The notes under the pieces are model-generated. The model was not told the DNA's origin and ran no database searches. It saw only the letters and a program-made list of their open reading frames with translations. Shown here in pieces: positions 24,901-38,500 of a DNA stretch of 64,000 bases (position 1 is its first letter; every line of letters begins with the position of its first letter). Origin of the DNA: Octopus sinensis (lineage: Eukaryota); contig NC_043005.1 of assembly GCF_006345805.1 (NCBI RefSeq), positions 14,818,001 to 14,882,000 on the forward strand. Reading direction: 5' to 3'. The position numbers and the translations under genes are program-made.

Positions 24901-27900
24901 AGTTGACCAGGGTGTGATTTGAATTTAGGATATAAGGGGTTATAATCAAAACAGTATAAAAGTATCAGAAATATTAAATTTCTAAATATCTCATAGAGAT
25001 ATGTACGGTGGTGGAGCGATAGAGTGGTTGTATACTGTCAACTTAACGTGACAGTCCCGTAAGGGAATTACACCACCGCTGTTTAGCCCTAGGAAGCATC
25101 GACGCTTCCTGTCGGCCTTGACACATTTCCTGTGTCAAATATATAAGGACACAGGAAATGTGTCAAGGCCGACAGGAAGCGTCGATGCTTCCTAGGGCTA
25201 AACAGTGGTGGTGTAATTCCCTTACAGGACTATCACGTTAAGTTGACAGTATACAACCACAGTATAAATGTATTTTATCCAAAATTCCTCTGGTTCTGCA
25301 AATCTACATCTGAATGCTCAGTGGAAAAAAGGAGGCTCAGATGTTATAACAAATGGCCAATTGCTTGAAGCATGGCATATTACTGTTTCATCTCCAATCA
25401 GTCATAACTGAGCAGAACTCTGATCAAAGTTGCTCTTCCAGCCACGGTCATCAGGTCTTTCACTTGGACACCAAATATCAAGAATGGCATTCCCCTGTCT
25501 CCTCTTTTGAGGTAATGGCATGTAATGTTTTGGAAGACTTGATTGCTATTTCTCACAAGTTAAGCAATCAAATACAAACTTTCTTCATTGACTTGATGTG
25601 TGGGTTATCTGCCATGTTGGTTATATTGATTTAAAAGGTTTAAAATACATGAAAAAAATCAAAGGTTCTTTACCAGAAGAAAATCCAGAAACTTTGAGTG
25701 TGGGAAGTTGTAGCATATTTCTGGTCGTACTTAAAGGCATTGATAACATTAATGAAGTAAATAGCCTCAGCTAAGAATATTTAAAGCACAACTCAACAAC
25801 TAAAAGTTAAAGATGGATTACTGTGGTAATATGAGAATTAGTCGCATTAATTGCAGTTTTAATCAGCACTTACATGCATTGCATGTCTACAGCTTAACTG
25901 AAAATGTTAATTTTGAAATTATCTATTTCTAGGAATCAACTAAAAGTCAAGATCTTTCTTTCTTCAATGATTTGGAATTTGGGCAAAATTCCAAATTGGT
26001 AAGTAGTTTATATTCTTGAAGTATGTGATGACTATTTTAATTCTATAATGCCTAAATTATCTATATGCATAAAAACATTTATTGGCCATTTTTTCAGTTT
26101 AATGGCAAGGAGTGTGTTTGGATTGGAATATGAAATTTTCTTACTCACAATCACACAAGCAAGTGATTTGATCTCGGATTGTGTGTTGAAGCTCAAGCAA
26201 TTACAGCATGGAAGGCTTAAGTTGGCCATTCAAAAACACACAGTCTGTTAACTTCATGCGGCTCCTCTGCAATGAAACTGTGTCAATGACCAGGTCATAG
26301 TTATGCAACAGAAATTTTGACATCAAATAATGAATGAAATTAAAGTGAAAGTAACAGATTTTGTGTATTTTAGAATGGCTAAGTCTTCTCTGTATTTAGT
26401 GTAATATATAAGGCACTCCGACAGTTATGATGACAAGTGTTCCAGTTGATCTGATCAATGGATCAGCCTACTTGTGAAATCAATATGCAAGTGACTGCAC
26501 ACACACACACACACACATATGTTCCCTTAACGTAGTTCTGAGGGAGATCAACATGACAGAGAATGTGACAAGGCTGGCCTTTCAAAATACAGGCATATAT
26601 ATATATTTTCAACTATCAATTATCCTGAGTTCAGATCTTGCTGGAGTCAACTTTGCATTGTTGATCAGGAGTTATGGTGTGTTAAGGAGAGCAATACCAT
26701 TAGTGGGGGTCCTGCCAATTACTTCTTCAGGTTCTTATATTACTGGCCACTGTTTGGACCATGTTATTGTCAGACTGGTTAAGCCAGGATAAAGAGAGTT
26801 AATAAGTCTTAAACTTTCAGTGAAATTCTTTCAGAGCTTGTCACACTACACATGTGAAAATTGGATTTCCAGTGAACTTTGTGGAGGAAACCCAACTAAA
26901 ATACTCCACTAATGTGTATTGAACACCTTAATGTTTATGCATGTAAGCCACATTACAAAATATCCTTATTTCTATAATATTTCTAATTTGATTTCAGTTA
27001 CCAGATTGCTGCAGTACACCTGAAGATAATTCTTCAGAGACAAAACCCGTGGAAAATGGTAAGTCTGGAAAACGGAGACAACTATTACATATTAAGCTTG
27101 ATGGTGAAACATTTTGTAAAAATAGCTCCAAAACAGTTCCAGAGTAGAACTAAAGAGCTGAAGAAAATTATTCTACATGATGAATAATATAAATTCAGGG
27201 TGAATACTTGATAAATGTAAGCACCTGTATAGCCCGAAACATATGTACCACAACATCCTTTGTGTCCTGTTTTTCATTTATTTCATTTGATGAATAATAT
27301 ATGTAGGCATGGCTGTGTGGTTAAGGGCTTGCTTCTCAACCATGTGGTCTTGTCAGTCCCACTGCATGACACGTTGGGCAAGTATCTTGTGAGTGGATTT
27401 GACAGGCAGAAATCGAAAAAAAAACAGTGTATGTTTTTGTTTACCTTTGTCTTGACATCATTTGAATGATTTTAAATTGCACATCACTATCATACAGGCA
27501 ATGTTATTAATTTCTTGTCTTTCATGGTGAAATATTGCCTTTGTTGGAAACGAGTAAAGGTTGGCAACAGGAAGGACATCGAGCTGCAAAGAAAAAGAAT
27601 TTGCTGCCACAAATTCCATCTTTAAAAGATGATGATGAATAGTATGAATGAAAGAAATATTTAAAGCAATATTATTAAATCTATGTTCACTGCTATAAAT
27701 TGTTTCAATTAAAAACAGTGCATGAATATATAATTCAGAGATGACATCTGTATGGAAATCTATAGTTATGTTAGTGTTGATAGAATCCATAAAATGTTAC
27801 CCATGTCTGATTTAAAGCATGTAAATAAGCTATCAAACTAAAAATAACTCACCGGCAAAGACTCATAATCCTAAATGTTAGATTTCTTCTCTTCCTACAG

Positions 27901-30165
27901 CAAAATATTTTATTCTGCTTTGCAAACATTTTATAGATTTTCTGTTTGTTGATATAGACCATCATAGCTTTCCCTATATTTTACACTTTCAATTAGAAAT
28001 AATTAAGCGGTGGAAACAAATATTGATTGATTACTAATAGTATTTTTCATTTTTCTAGTAAGGAAGGGAAACAGTATATTTTTATAATAATTTACTATCA
28101 TTATGCTTCATGCATCACTATTTCAGTAACTTCAATGAAGTCTGTTCACTGATGAGGTCAGAATAAAGCCAGAGAAATCTCCAGTTATTTCCTATGCATG
28201 ATAGAAAAACGAAAATAACATTAGTTATTGATAAATATCATTTTTTTTTTTCTTGAGCATATAGTTTATTTCCAGTTAGCTTGTAAATTCGTCAGGCAAT
28301 AAAAGTGAAACATTAATTTTACTATTACTTTTCACGTTGATCCCAGTATTAGGAAAAGTGCACTGTCTCTATATGTTGTAAGAAACAACTAAAAGGGTTG
28401 GATGACATGAAGGATCGCCCCGACTGGCCTCCGTGCCGGTGGCACATAAAAAGCATCATCCGATCGTGGCCATTGCCAGCCTCGTCTGGCACATAAAAAG
28501 CACCCACTACACTCACGGAGTAGTTGGCGTTAGGAAGGGCATCCAGCTGTAGAAACATTGCCAGATCAGACTGGGCCTGGTGCAGCCTTCTGGTTTCCCA
28601 GTCCCCAGTTGAACCGTCCAACCCATGCTAGCATGGAAAACAGACGTTAAACGATGATGATGATGAGCTGATGTAGTCAGAATAATACCAGAACATGTCA
28701 GGAAAGATTAAAACAATCATTGACTAATATTTTTTTTCCCCTCCCAATGTACATTTAGATTACATGCATTAAATATGTTCCCAAAATAACTACCAGTCAA
28801 AACATTCAATTACCTCTCAATTTGTTTATTTTCAGGTGTGAAGTATTTAAGTAATGATGATCTGTTTAGCTTGAGTGAAGAAGAACGGATGAGGTTAGCA
28901 ATAGAAAACAGCTTACAGTTGAAGACTGAAATTGAAGATCACAACACTTCAGCTGTGCAATGGCAGCCAGAACAACACCAGTCAATGTTTAACACAGAGT
29001 TTGTAAATGGAGAGAACTCCGTATTACCAGAGAATGAAAATAATTCTTTGTCTTGTAAGTTGTTGTTATTAATTATTTATTATCATTAAAAGTGGTGGAT
29101 TTGTAGAATCATGAAGTGCAACAGAAAAATTCCTTATGCTATTTCTCCTAGCATTTTACATGCTGAGTTCAAATCCTGTTTTTGCTAATTTTGCCTTTTG
29201 TCCCTCTGGTAGTGATGAAAACAAAGTTTTGGTGTTTCAGGTATCAACTAACCCTGTCTCCTCCAATTAGTGGCTTTCTACCTAAATTAGAAACAGTAAC
29301 TTTTCTTCTGGTTCTTTATAGTCCGAGTTGAAATTCCATCAAGAAGTACCAGTTTGGCACTGGGGTTGATGTATTCAAATTACTCCTTCCTATCTCCAAA
29401 TTACTGACCTGGGGCCAAAATTAGAATGATTAATGCTACGAATATCTTTGGATTGACAGAATGCGAGTAGAGCATCAAACAACATGCTTCATAGTATTTG
29501 CTCCGACTCTTTATGTTCTGAGTTCAAATCCTGCTGAACTGAACTTTGCCTCTCATTCTTGTGGGGTCAGTAAAATAGAACACCAGTCAAGTATTGAGGA
29601 TCAATTTGACTAATTGCCTCCTCAACATCATAAGCGGAAAGTGTAACCTCTCGAAAGAGCTGTTCTTCATATTATTTATATTATTATTTAACACCATGCA
29701 TCATTTTCCAAGTAATTTTATCTTAACCTTTTTGATGCAACTTTATTCTATACTGTTGTCTCCCCTATCTTCTCTAATTCCCCCTTTTTTCCCCTTCACC
29801 GTTTTCTATCTGTCTCTCTCTCTCCACCTCTTTCTCTTTTTCTTTGCTTGTTGCTCGCATGTGACCATCGTCCATCTTTCTTTTCTTTCTTGTATGGACA
29901 TTCTAAGGACTGGATGTCACCTATATCTTTCTTTTCTATCTTTTCTCTTTTCAAAGAAAATATTTCAGCATTCACTATTTTCCCCTCGTTCATTTATTTT
30001 GGTATTTATGGGAGCAACTGTCTTTGAAGACATTCTTTGTATTACTTGTCCATTTCTCTCTCTCTCGTTATTTGTGTATTTAAATCATTTGTTTTTGTAT
30101 TTCATTTTGTACCCAAATATGCATATATATTATATTATTATAATACATGTATATATTATATTATT

Positions 30166-30214
<49 letters not shown>

Positions 30215-32508
30215 TACAAGTGTGAGTTGGTATATATTATCCTCATTACAAAATACTTATGAATTTCCACCTCCATTGTTTTCCTATAATTTTTTATTTT
30301 TATTTAATTAAAGGTTATGATGCAGAAAACAAAGAGAATCAACAACCTACACAAAACGGCAAGACAGATTCAAGTTTGATCCCGGTTCTAGTAAACGGTC
30401 CTCATGAAAATGGTGAAGTTAGTGGCAAAACCAACGGCAATAACATACCTGTTGTGGATCTTGAGGTAGATTGCTTAACTTTCTTTGTAGTTCTTTATTG
30501 TTGCCAGCTGGGTTGGTGCAAAATGTGGAAATATGCAACTTTAAAATGTTCTTGTGGAAAGTTAACAAATGTTCATATGTGTGTCAGCAGTAGACTAGCA
30601 CCCTCTCCAGAAGATTTAACTCGCATCTGTTTAACCTGTTTTAGCAATTTGCTCAACAAATTTTCTGTAGTTACAGATTACCAATATATATGATGCTATA
30701 TGTGATTATATTTAAGTGAAAATATCTATACAAATCTTATTACCAAGTTGATGATAACATAATTTCACAAGATAAATACTTGTACACGATCCTATATTAT
30801 AAAGCATATGCAATTTGTTCCTCAACTCAAAATATCTTTTCTGTGGTTAGGAAACTTCCTTTTGTAATTATGTAATCTTGACCTCAGTCCCACTGAGTGG
30901 CACCTTCGGCAAGTATCTTCCACTATATATTTCTTTACTACCCACAAGGGGCTAAACACAGAGGGGACAGACAAGCGGATTAAGTCGATTATATCGACCC
31001 CAGTGCGTAACTGGTACTTAATTTATTGACCCCCGAAAGGATGAAAGGCAAAGTTGACCTCGGCGGAATTTGAACTCAGAACATAACGGCAGACGAAATA
31101 CGGCTACGCATTTCGCCCTGCGTGCTAACGGTTCTGCCAGCTCCCCGCCTTTATCTTCCCCTATAGCTCTCAGGGCAACCAAAGCCTTGTGAGTGGATTT
31201 GGTAGATGGAAACTGAGGGAAGCCCAAAATGTGTGTGAGAGAGAGAGAGATCTCCTTGTCTTGATGTCATAGGATTGTAATACAAGCAGTGTCAGCGGTT
31301 TCCTTCATTTCCAATCTTCTGTGAAAACATGTCCAGCTATGGGAAAATATTATATTGCTTGGTAACAGTAGGAGCATCCAGCTACAGAAAATCTGAAAAG
31401 TGGAAGTTAAAATGATAATTATTTATATATATAATCATAAAGCACCCAGCACACTGTTGAGTGGTTGACAATTAGGAAGTGCATCCAGCTGTAGAAACCA
31501 TACCACAACAGACGATTGTAGTCAGGACAGCTCCCATGTGTCAGCATGAAAAGTGGATGTTAAATGATGATGATATAATACATGAAACTGATGTTGTATT
31601 TCTATCCCTCAATATGTTTTCTTGTTATAACAAAAAAGAAAATATTTGTTTACTTTAGATTGGCGTTAACCAAGAAGAGGAAGATCTGAAGAAAGCTAAA
31701 GCTATGAGTCTTTATGGTGAGTAAAGTTTGTATTGATCTTATTTGCTGAGATATTGGATTTCACTCTTTTCACCATCACTAACATTTTTAAATTTTTTTA
31801 TTTGAGCATAGATGAAGTAGGATGGTGTTACCATTCTCCTTTTACTCCCTTTTATGTCAATTCACTCCAGCAGTAAAATCATGCAAATAATCATATCTAG
31901 CAGCATTATATAGCTAACCCTTTCAGTGTGTAGTGTCAATACATATCTTCACACACACACACACACACAAATACACACATCACATTTGAGCCTTTACAAG
32001 GTTGCTTGACCTAGCAACTGCAAACCAAATTTCCCTGAATATTACAGAGGGTTCATTGAATAATGTAGTCTATAGTATGGATGTGTGTGTGTGAGTGTGC
32101 GCTACTGTCTTCCTGCCTTGACATCATGATAGTTGTAAACAAGTGTCACTGTCATGCAGGTGATGTCCTTCATTGCCAATCTTCTATGAAAACATGCCTG
32201 GTCATTTGGAAATATTACATCACTTGAGAACAGCGAAGGTTGGCAACAGGATGGGTGTCCAGCTGTACGAGATCCACCTCAGTGAATTCTGTCTGACCCA
32301 TGTGTGCATGGAAAAGTGGACCTTAAAAAGACAAGCTATATATATATATATGTTGTATTTAGGAATGGTCATGTTGCCAGTTTAGCCAATAAAAACACAT
32401 GCACTATTTTTATTGGCTAAACTGGCAACATGACCATTCCTAAATACTACAACATCTGTTTCAACACACGATTTCACATCAAGAATCTTGCAAAACAAAT
32501 ATATAAAC

Positions 32509-32554
<46 letters not shown>

Positions 32555-35500
32555 ACAAGCACGTACACAGTAAGGTAGTGGAACGGAAACTTTGTAGCTT
32601 TAAAAGGTTGTGGCATGTTATTTTATTTATGTCACAATTTGTGGATGATAACATCGTTGGTTAGAGTTTGTAATGGATCAATCACTGGTTTCTTGTATTT
32701 CTGAACATTCGAACGTGGCCGTTGCCAGTACTGCCTGACTGTCCCTCGTGCTGGTGGCACGTAAAACTACCCACTACTCTCTCAGAGTGGTTGGCGTTAG
32801 GAAGGGCATCCAGCTGTAGAAACTGCCAGATCAGTTTGGAGTCTGGTGCAGCGATCTGGTTCGCCAGACCTCAGTCAAACTGTCTAACCCATGCTAGCAT
32901 GGGAAGCAGATGTTAAACGATGCTGGGGTGGCATTTATAACTTGGCAGACTTTGAAGTGCTTTTTTTATTTTTGTAGTGTGTGTGCGTGCATGCTACTGT
33001 TAGCATCTCTCACTAGCATACCTTAGTAGAAGATATAAAACACACGTACATACATGCATGTTTATACTTTGTGATATTGTTACACTCTTACTTTTTTGGA
33101 TTCAGAAGCTCAAGTTCTGCCTTTTGTCTCTCTAGATTTGATAAAAAATAATAACCAATCAAGGAGAGGAGATAGGCAGAGGGTCATTCACTAATAGAAA
33201 TCTTTACTCAAAATTTGTCTTTTGTGTTTATAATATGCAAAAAAAAAAGAAGAAAAAAAAACTGAAGATCATTATTCTTGTTCCTAGATTTAAATAATGA
33301 TGATGAACTTCAGCCCTCTCCTGCAGAATTTGGGGTTTCTGTTGAAACATTGAAACGGTCAAAAGAAGAAATTGAAATACTAAAAACTAATGCTGTGGTA
33401 ATTATTTTTTTTATTATATTCTAACAACATTAATTGCAACTATTATTATATTCAAAGCTTTACTACTTCTTTCTCAAACTAAAACTTAGTTTTGAAAGAA
33501 ACTTTTATGGTCAGCTCCTTGGAACTTAGATTTAATTAGTTTAGTTCACATTATTTGTTATATTGATAGTTCTTTCTCAAGCCATACCTGGCTTGTAGGG
33601 CTGGTTTCCTTGGCGTATAGGTTCCCCACCTGGACGGGACGCCAGTCCATTGCAGGTGAGATGCAAGATGCAGGAGGAAAGAGCGAGAGAAAGTTGTGGC
33701 GAAAGAGTCAGCAGAAGTTTGCCGTTACCTTCTGCCAGAGCTGCGTGGGGCTTAGGTGTTTCGCTCATAAGCACACACATCGCCCAGTCTGAGATTCGAA
33801 CCTGCGATCCCTCAACCGCGAGTCCACTGCTCTAACCACTAGGCCATGTGCTTCCATTTGTTACGTTACAGGGGGTGAATTAATGTTTCTCTCTCGTCCC
33901 CCCTCCCTCATTGTTATCAGTGGTTTTACACTGGTTTTCCCATGCTGGCATGGGTTAGACTGTCACACACACCTGTATATTATCATTAGCTTAATATTCA
34001 CTTTTCTGTGCTTGCAAAGCCCCCATCTCTTTCCAAGCAAGGTAACATTTACCTATCCTTCAGGCATAAACAGCATGAAGACTGGGTGTGTTTTTGTGGA
34101 AGATAGCATGCAACAACATTGCTTGTAAGACTGGTCAGCCCTGGGTTATAGTAGAAGAAACCCAAGGTAACATACAGTAATAATAAACCTACAATCACAT
34201 GATTGTTAAATTATCAATTTAACCATTTACCCATGTCTGACCCTGTGTATGTTTAGTGCATGTAGTAAATTTCATGTTAGTCTGCAGGTATTTAGAAACA
34301 GTAGTCAAGGAAGTTATCTTTGGTTGTCTCACAGCAAAAGTCCACTGAAGATTGCTGCTTCAAAATATTTGGGCACCATTGTCAACCAACAGTTAACAGC
34401 AAACCCAAGCAATATATATAAATAAGTAAATATATATATATGAGTGGCTGTGTGGTAAGTAGCTTGCTTACCAACCACATGGTTCCGGGTTCAGTCCCAC
34501 TGCGTGGTATCTTGGGCAAGTGTCTTCTGCTATAGCCCCGGGCCGACCAATGTCTTGTGAGTGGATTTGGTAGACGGAAACTGAAAGAAGCCTGTCGTAT
34601 ATATGCGTATATATATATATGTGTGTGTGTGTCTGTGTTTGTCCCCCTAGCATTGCTTGACAACCGATGCTGGTGTGTTTACGTCCCCGTCACTTAGCGG
34701 TTCGGCAAAAGAGACCGATAGAATAAGTACTAGGCTTCCAAAGAATAAGTTCTGGGGGTCGATTTGCTCGACTAAAGGCGGTGCTCCAGCATGGCCGCAG
34801 TCAAATGACTGAAACAAGTAAAAAGAGAAAAGAGAATGTCCTTTATGTATCCTCAAAGAGAGTTATCACATGTTGTCAAGTCCAGACTTCTTGCAGGTCA
34901 TTTTATGGGCGCTGGGGATGTTACAGAACCATGACCTATCCATTTATTTGGAAAAGTGTCATTGAGATAATTTCGCACAGTGAGGGCATAATGTGCCAGA
35001 GCTCCATCTTGTTGAAACTAAATCTCCTCTCTGATTCCAAGTTCGAGTTTCGGTATAAACCATTGTCGTAACACGTTTAGATATGAAGTGTGGTTTACTG
35101 GCCTTTCAAAAAAGTTTGGTTCAGTAACAAGATGTGCATTAAGTGCTGCCCACATCATGATATGCAGAGTTGTATTCAATTTCTTCATAATAATGAGGGT
35201 TCTTTTTTGCCCAGAAGTAAACATTTTGTGCCTGACTTGAACAGTGAATTGCGCACTCGTCCATAAACGTCACTTTTCCTTGGGAAGGAATCGTATTTAA
35301 TAACATAACATATGGACAGGTAGGGACTTACAGGCCACTGTGCATACACACAGACACACACACTCACAATTTTGTGTCTGTTTTTCTATTATGACCTGAG
35401 TTGGACTGGTCTACTTTCAACAGTCTTGCTACTTACTGACAAAACTTGTTTGTCCATTGTTGTGGCTAGATGCTCTTACTAGCATAATTCATTTCACAGA

Positions 35501-38500
35501 ACGAACTGGTTGCATTTTATCTTCTCACTGGCTTCCTATATGGGTTGTCTTCATTATTGTGTCACATGTAATCTAGTACAACTTGTTAGATGGTTGAGAT
35601 GTCAGCATTTAAACTGGCACACTTAGTAAATGTGATTCGGGGAAACCCAGCAGCATAAAAGTATTACCAATTAAAAAGGTGGACAAACGTAGCATAGTCA
35701 ACAACTATTTAATAATTAAAATAAGGATTCATAAATTCCAAGTGCCAGCCTCGCCTGGCCCCCGTGCCGGTGGCACGTAAAAAGCACCATCCGATCATCG
35801 TGGCCGTTGCCAGCCTCACCTGGGCCCCGTAAAAAGCACCATCTGTCCATGGTCGTTTGCTAGCACCGTCTGGCACCTGTGTGGGTGGCACGTAAAAAGC
35901 ACCCACTACACTCACGGAGTGGTTGGCGTTAGGAAGGGCATCCAGCCGTAGAAACACTGCCAGATCAGACTGGGCCTGATGCAGCCTTCTGGCTTCACAG
36001 ACCCCAGTTGAACCGTCCAACCCATGCTAGCATGGAAAGCTGATGATGATGATGATTGTCTGTCTGGTTGGGTGAGACATTAAGTGTAATGCAGTTTTTG
36101 TTTGTTTCTTCCAGGAAGGTAATTTACCTCATTCCTACCAACTCGTCAGCGTTGTTGCACATATTGGAAATACATCTGTTTCTGGTAAGTTGTAGTAACT
36201 CTTCCTTCACTTTGTTTCTGCTTTCTTAAATCTCTTTTTTGATTTCTCCTCCCTGCACACCAGTTTTATCACAATGCTTGTTATGTCATGTAAGATACCT
36301 GCTCCATTTAAAATGAGCAAATAAAGAAATTGGTTGTTTAACTGAAGAGTTTAAGAATGCTGTGTTCTAAATGTCCAACTTGGCTACTGTTTAATTCTTT
36401 GACTCAGCCTTTGATTTAAGATGTAAAATTGGATCAAATAAATAACATATTGGACTTACAACTCATAGGTCTTTTTCAAGTCCACTGCAAGTCATTTCAT
36501 TGTGTATTTGGTGTGCCATGCCATTAACTGCTAAGCAATCCATAGGAAGGTGAGCCATATCTCCTATGAAAACTATTGTCAAAACTCGGAAAGAAGGCGG
36601 TGGAACTGCAAATGTTGCTGATGGAATGAGACATGTGGCAGACCTGTCTTCAACAAGACGACAGACATGAGTGTAAGTTATCAATAGATGACAATAATGT
36701 GTACAGTTAATCTCAAATACCTCATTTCACCATGGCCAGGTTGAAATAGTCGGGCTGACACTTTTCATTTGGAACAACTTCCCTCACATTCTGGCAGAAG
36801 ACACATTAGTTTTTATAGCAACTGCAGTTAAATTAATATTGGGGTAGGTGAAGAGTCACATAAAGCCGGCAGTAGTTATTTGCCAGGAATATGGTGTAAA
36901 TTAAGTTGAAGACCATCTTTAGAGATGATGGAAATTGTAATTCTTCACCAAACTACTAAGAAGTACCAATTCACCCAAGAATGTTGAAGACTGAATACTT
37001 TCCTACCCACGGAAGCATTAATTTTTTATCTGCTTGATACCAAGAAATTCAAGCTTAGAACATCTTTGATATACTCTCTGATCTTACACATTTTATTTTC
37101 ACATAATGGTGAGACCCACTTGGTCAGTAGACTGGCAGCATTAAGTGCCAGGGTCATGGATTGGCCTAATCATTAGTGTTGAACAAGATGCTTTGTGGGT
37201 CTTTACATTCTAGGTTCAAACCCATTTCCCCTCTTTCTCCTTGTTAATTTTGCTTTCATCCTTTCAGGGTCAGTAAAATAAAGTACCAGTTAAGTTCTGA
37301 GATTGATGTAATAGACTGTTCTCACCCCTCCGAAATTTTAAGCCTTGTGCCTCTGCTGTTAGGAACTTTATTATTATATCTTCTAATATCTAAAAGAAAT
37401 TACATATCTATGTACCCGAGAGTAAGTGTATGTATTTCTATTGTACTCAGCCCAGTGTAGATACACTGGGCTGAGTACAACAGAAATAACTAAATAACTG
37501 GTTTAACCCTTTAGTGTTCAGATTACTCTGTTAAATGTAATACTTTTTCACTCAAATTGTTTTGAATTAATCCTGGATCATCTTACAGCTTTGAGGTTTC
37601 AATGATGTGATTACTTATTTTTAAAATGACATTGTAGGTTAGGTGTGAGAGGCTAGATATCGCCAGTTTGAATATAAAACATGTGGAATATATTGGGCCG
37701 GATTTGGCCAGTTTAAACACTAAAGGGTTAAGAAAACAATTTCTAAAAATTAATAACTTTTATGATGTCTGAGAAAGCCATAAAATTGGTTGAGACACAT
37801 CAAAGAATGGACATTGAGGAAGATGGTGGAGAATACGAGGTGTTGGACTCAGAAGGGCTTCTTTTCTGTGTCGATGGCCTCTTAAGGTTACATATTTTCT
37901 ATTTGTTGACCAGAGGCTGAAGTTATGATGCAAACAGGATAACTGATGAAATGTGTAACATCTACTTGTTATGATATTTGGGAGTAGTATTTAGTCATTA
38001 GTCACATCTCTTAACAGCCTGAGTTCAAATTCTTCCAGGTCACCTTTGCTCTTTATACTTCACCGGCTGATAAAATAAGCGCAAGATATGTCAGAGTTGC
38101 ATATACTTTTCTTTTCTCTTTTAAATGTCTAAATGTTTTTTTCTTTATTATTCCTTTTATTTCACATCAGGACACTATTTAAGTGAGGTTTTAGATTTAC
38201 AGACCAATAAATGGTATTCCTTTGACGACAAAGAAGTACGGTTAACTAACGAAACTGAAGTACAAAACACTCGTCAGGATTCTGGTTATATATTTTTCTA
38301 TTTATCAAAGTAAGTTTACTTTTATTATTATAATTATTACTATTTTTATTAAATAGGCAAAATGTCTATCAGATTTAACTTTGGTGTTTCATCAATCTGG
38401 GGACCAAGAAAATAATCATGTCCTGTACTAATATCATTTTCATTGACTATACATTTCAATCAAAATATGCATCTCTGTGTCCATGTTGTTGGATAGAGTG

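Noticed and set aside
29594-30172. 192-aa hydrophobic ORF
   Set aside because: Low-complexity pyrimidine-rich intron sequence.
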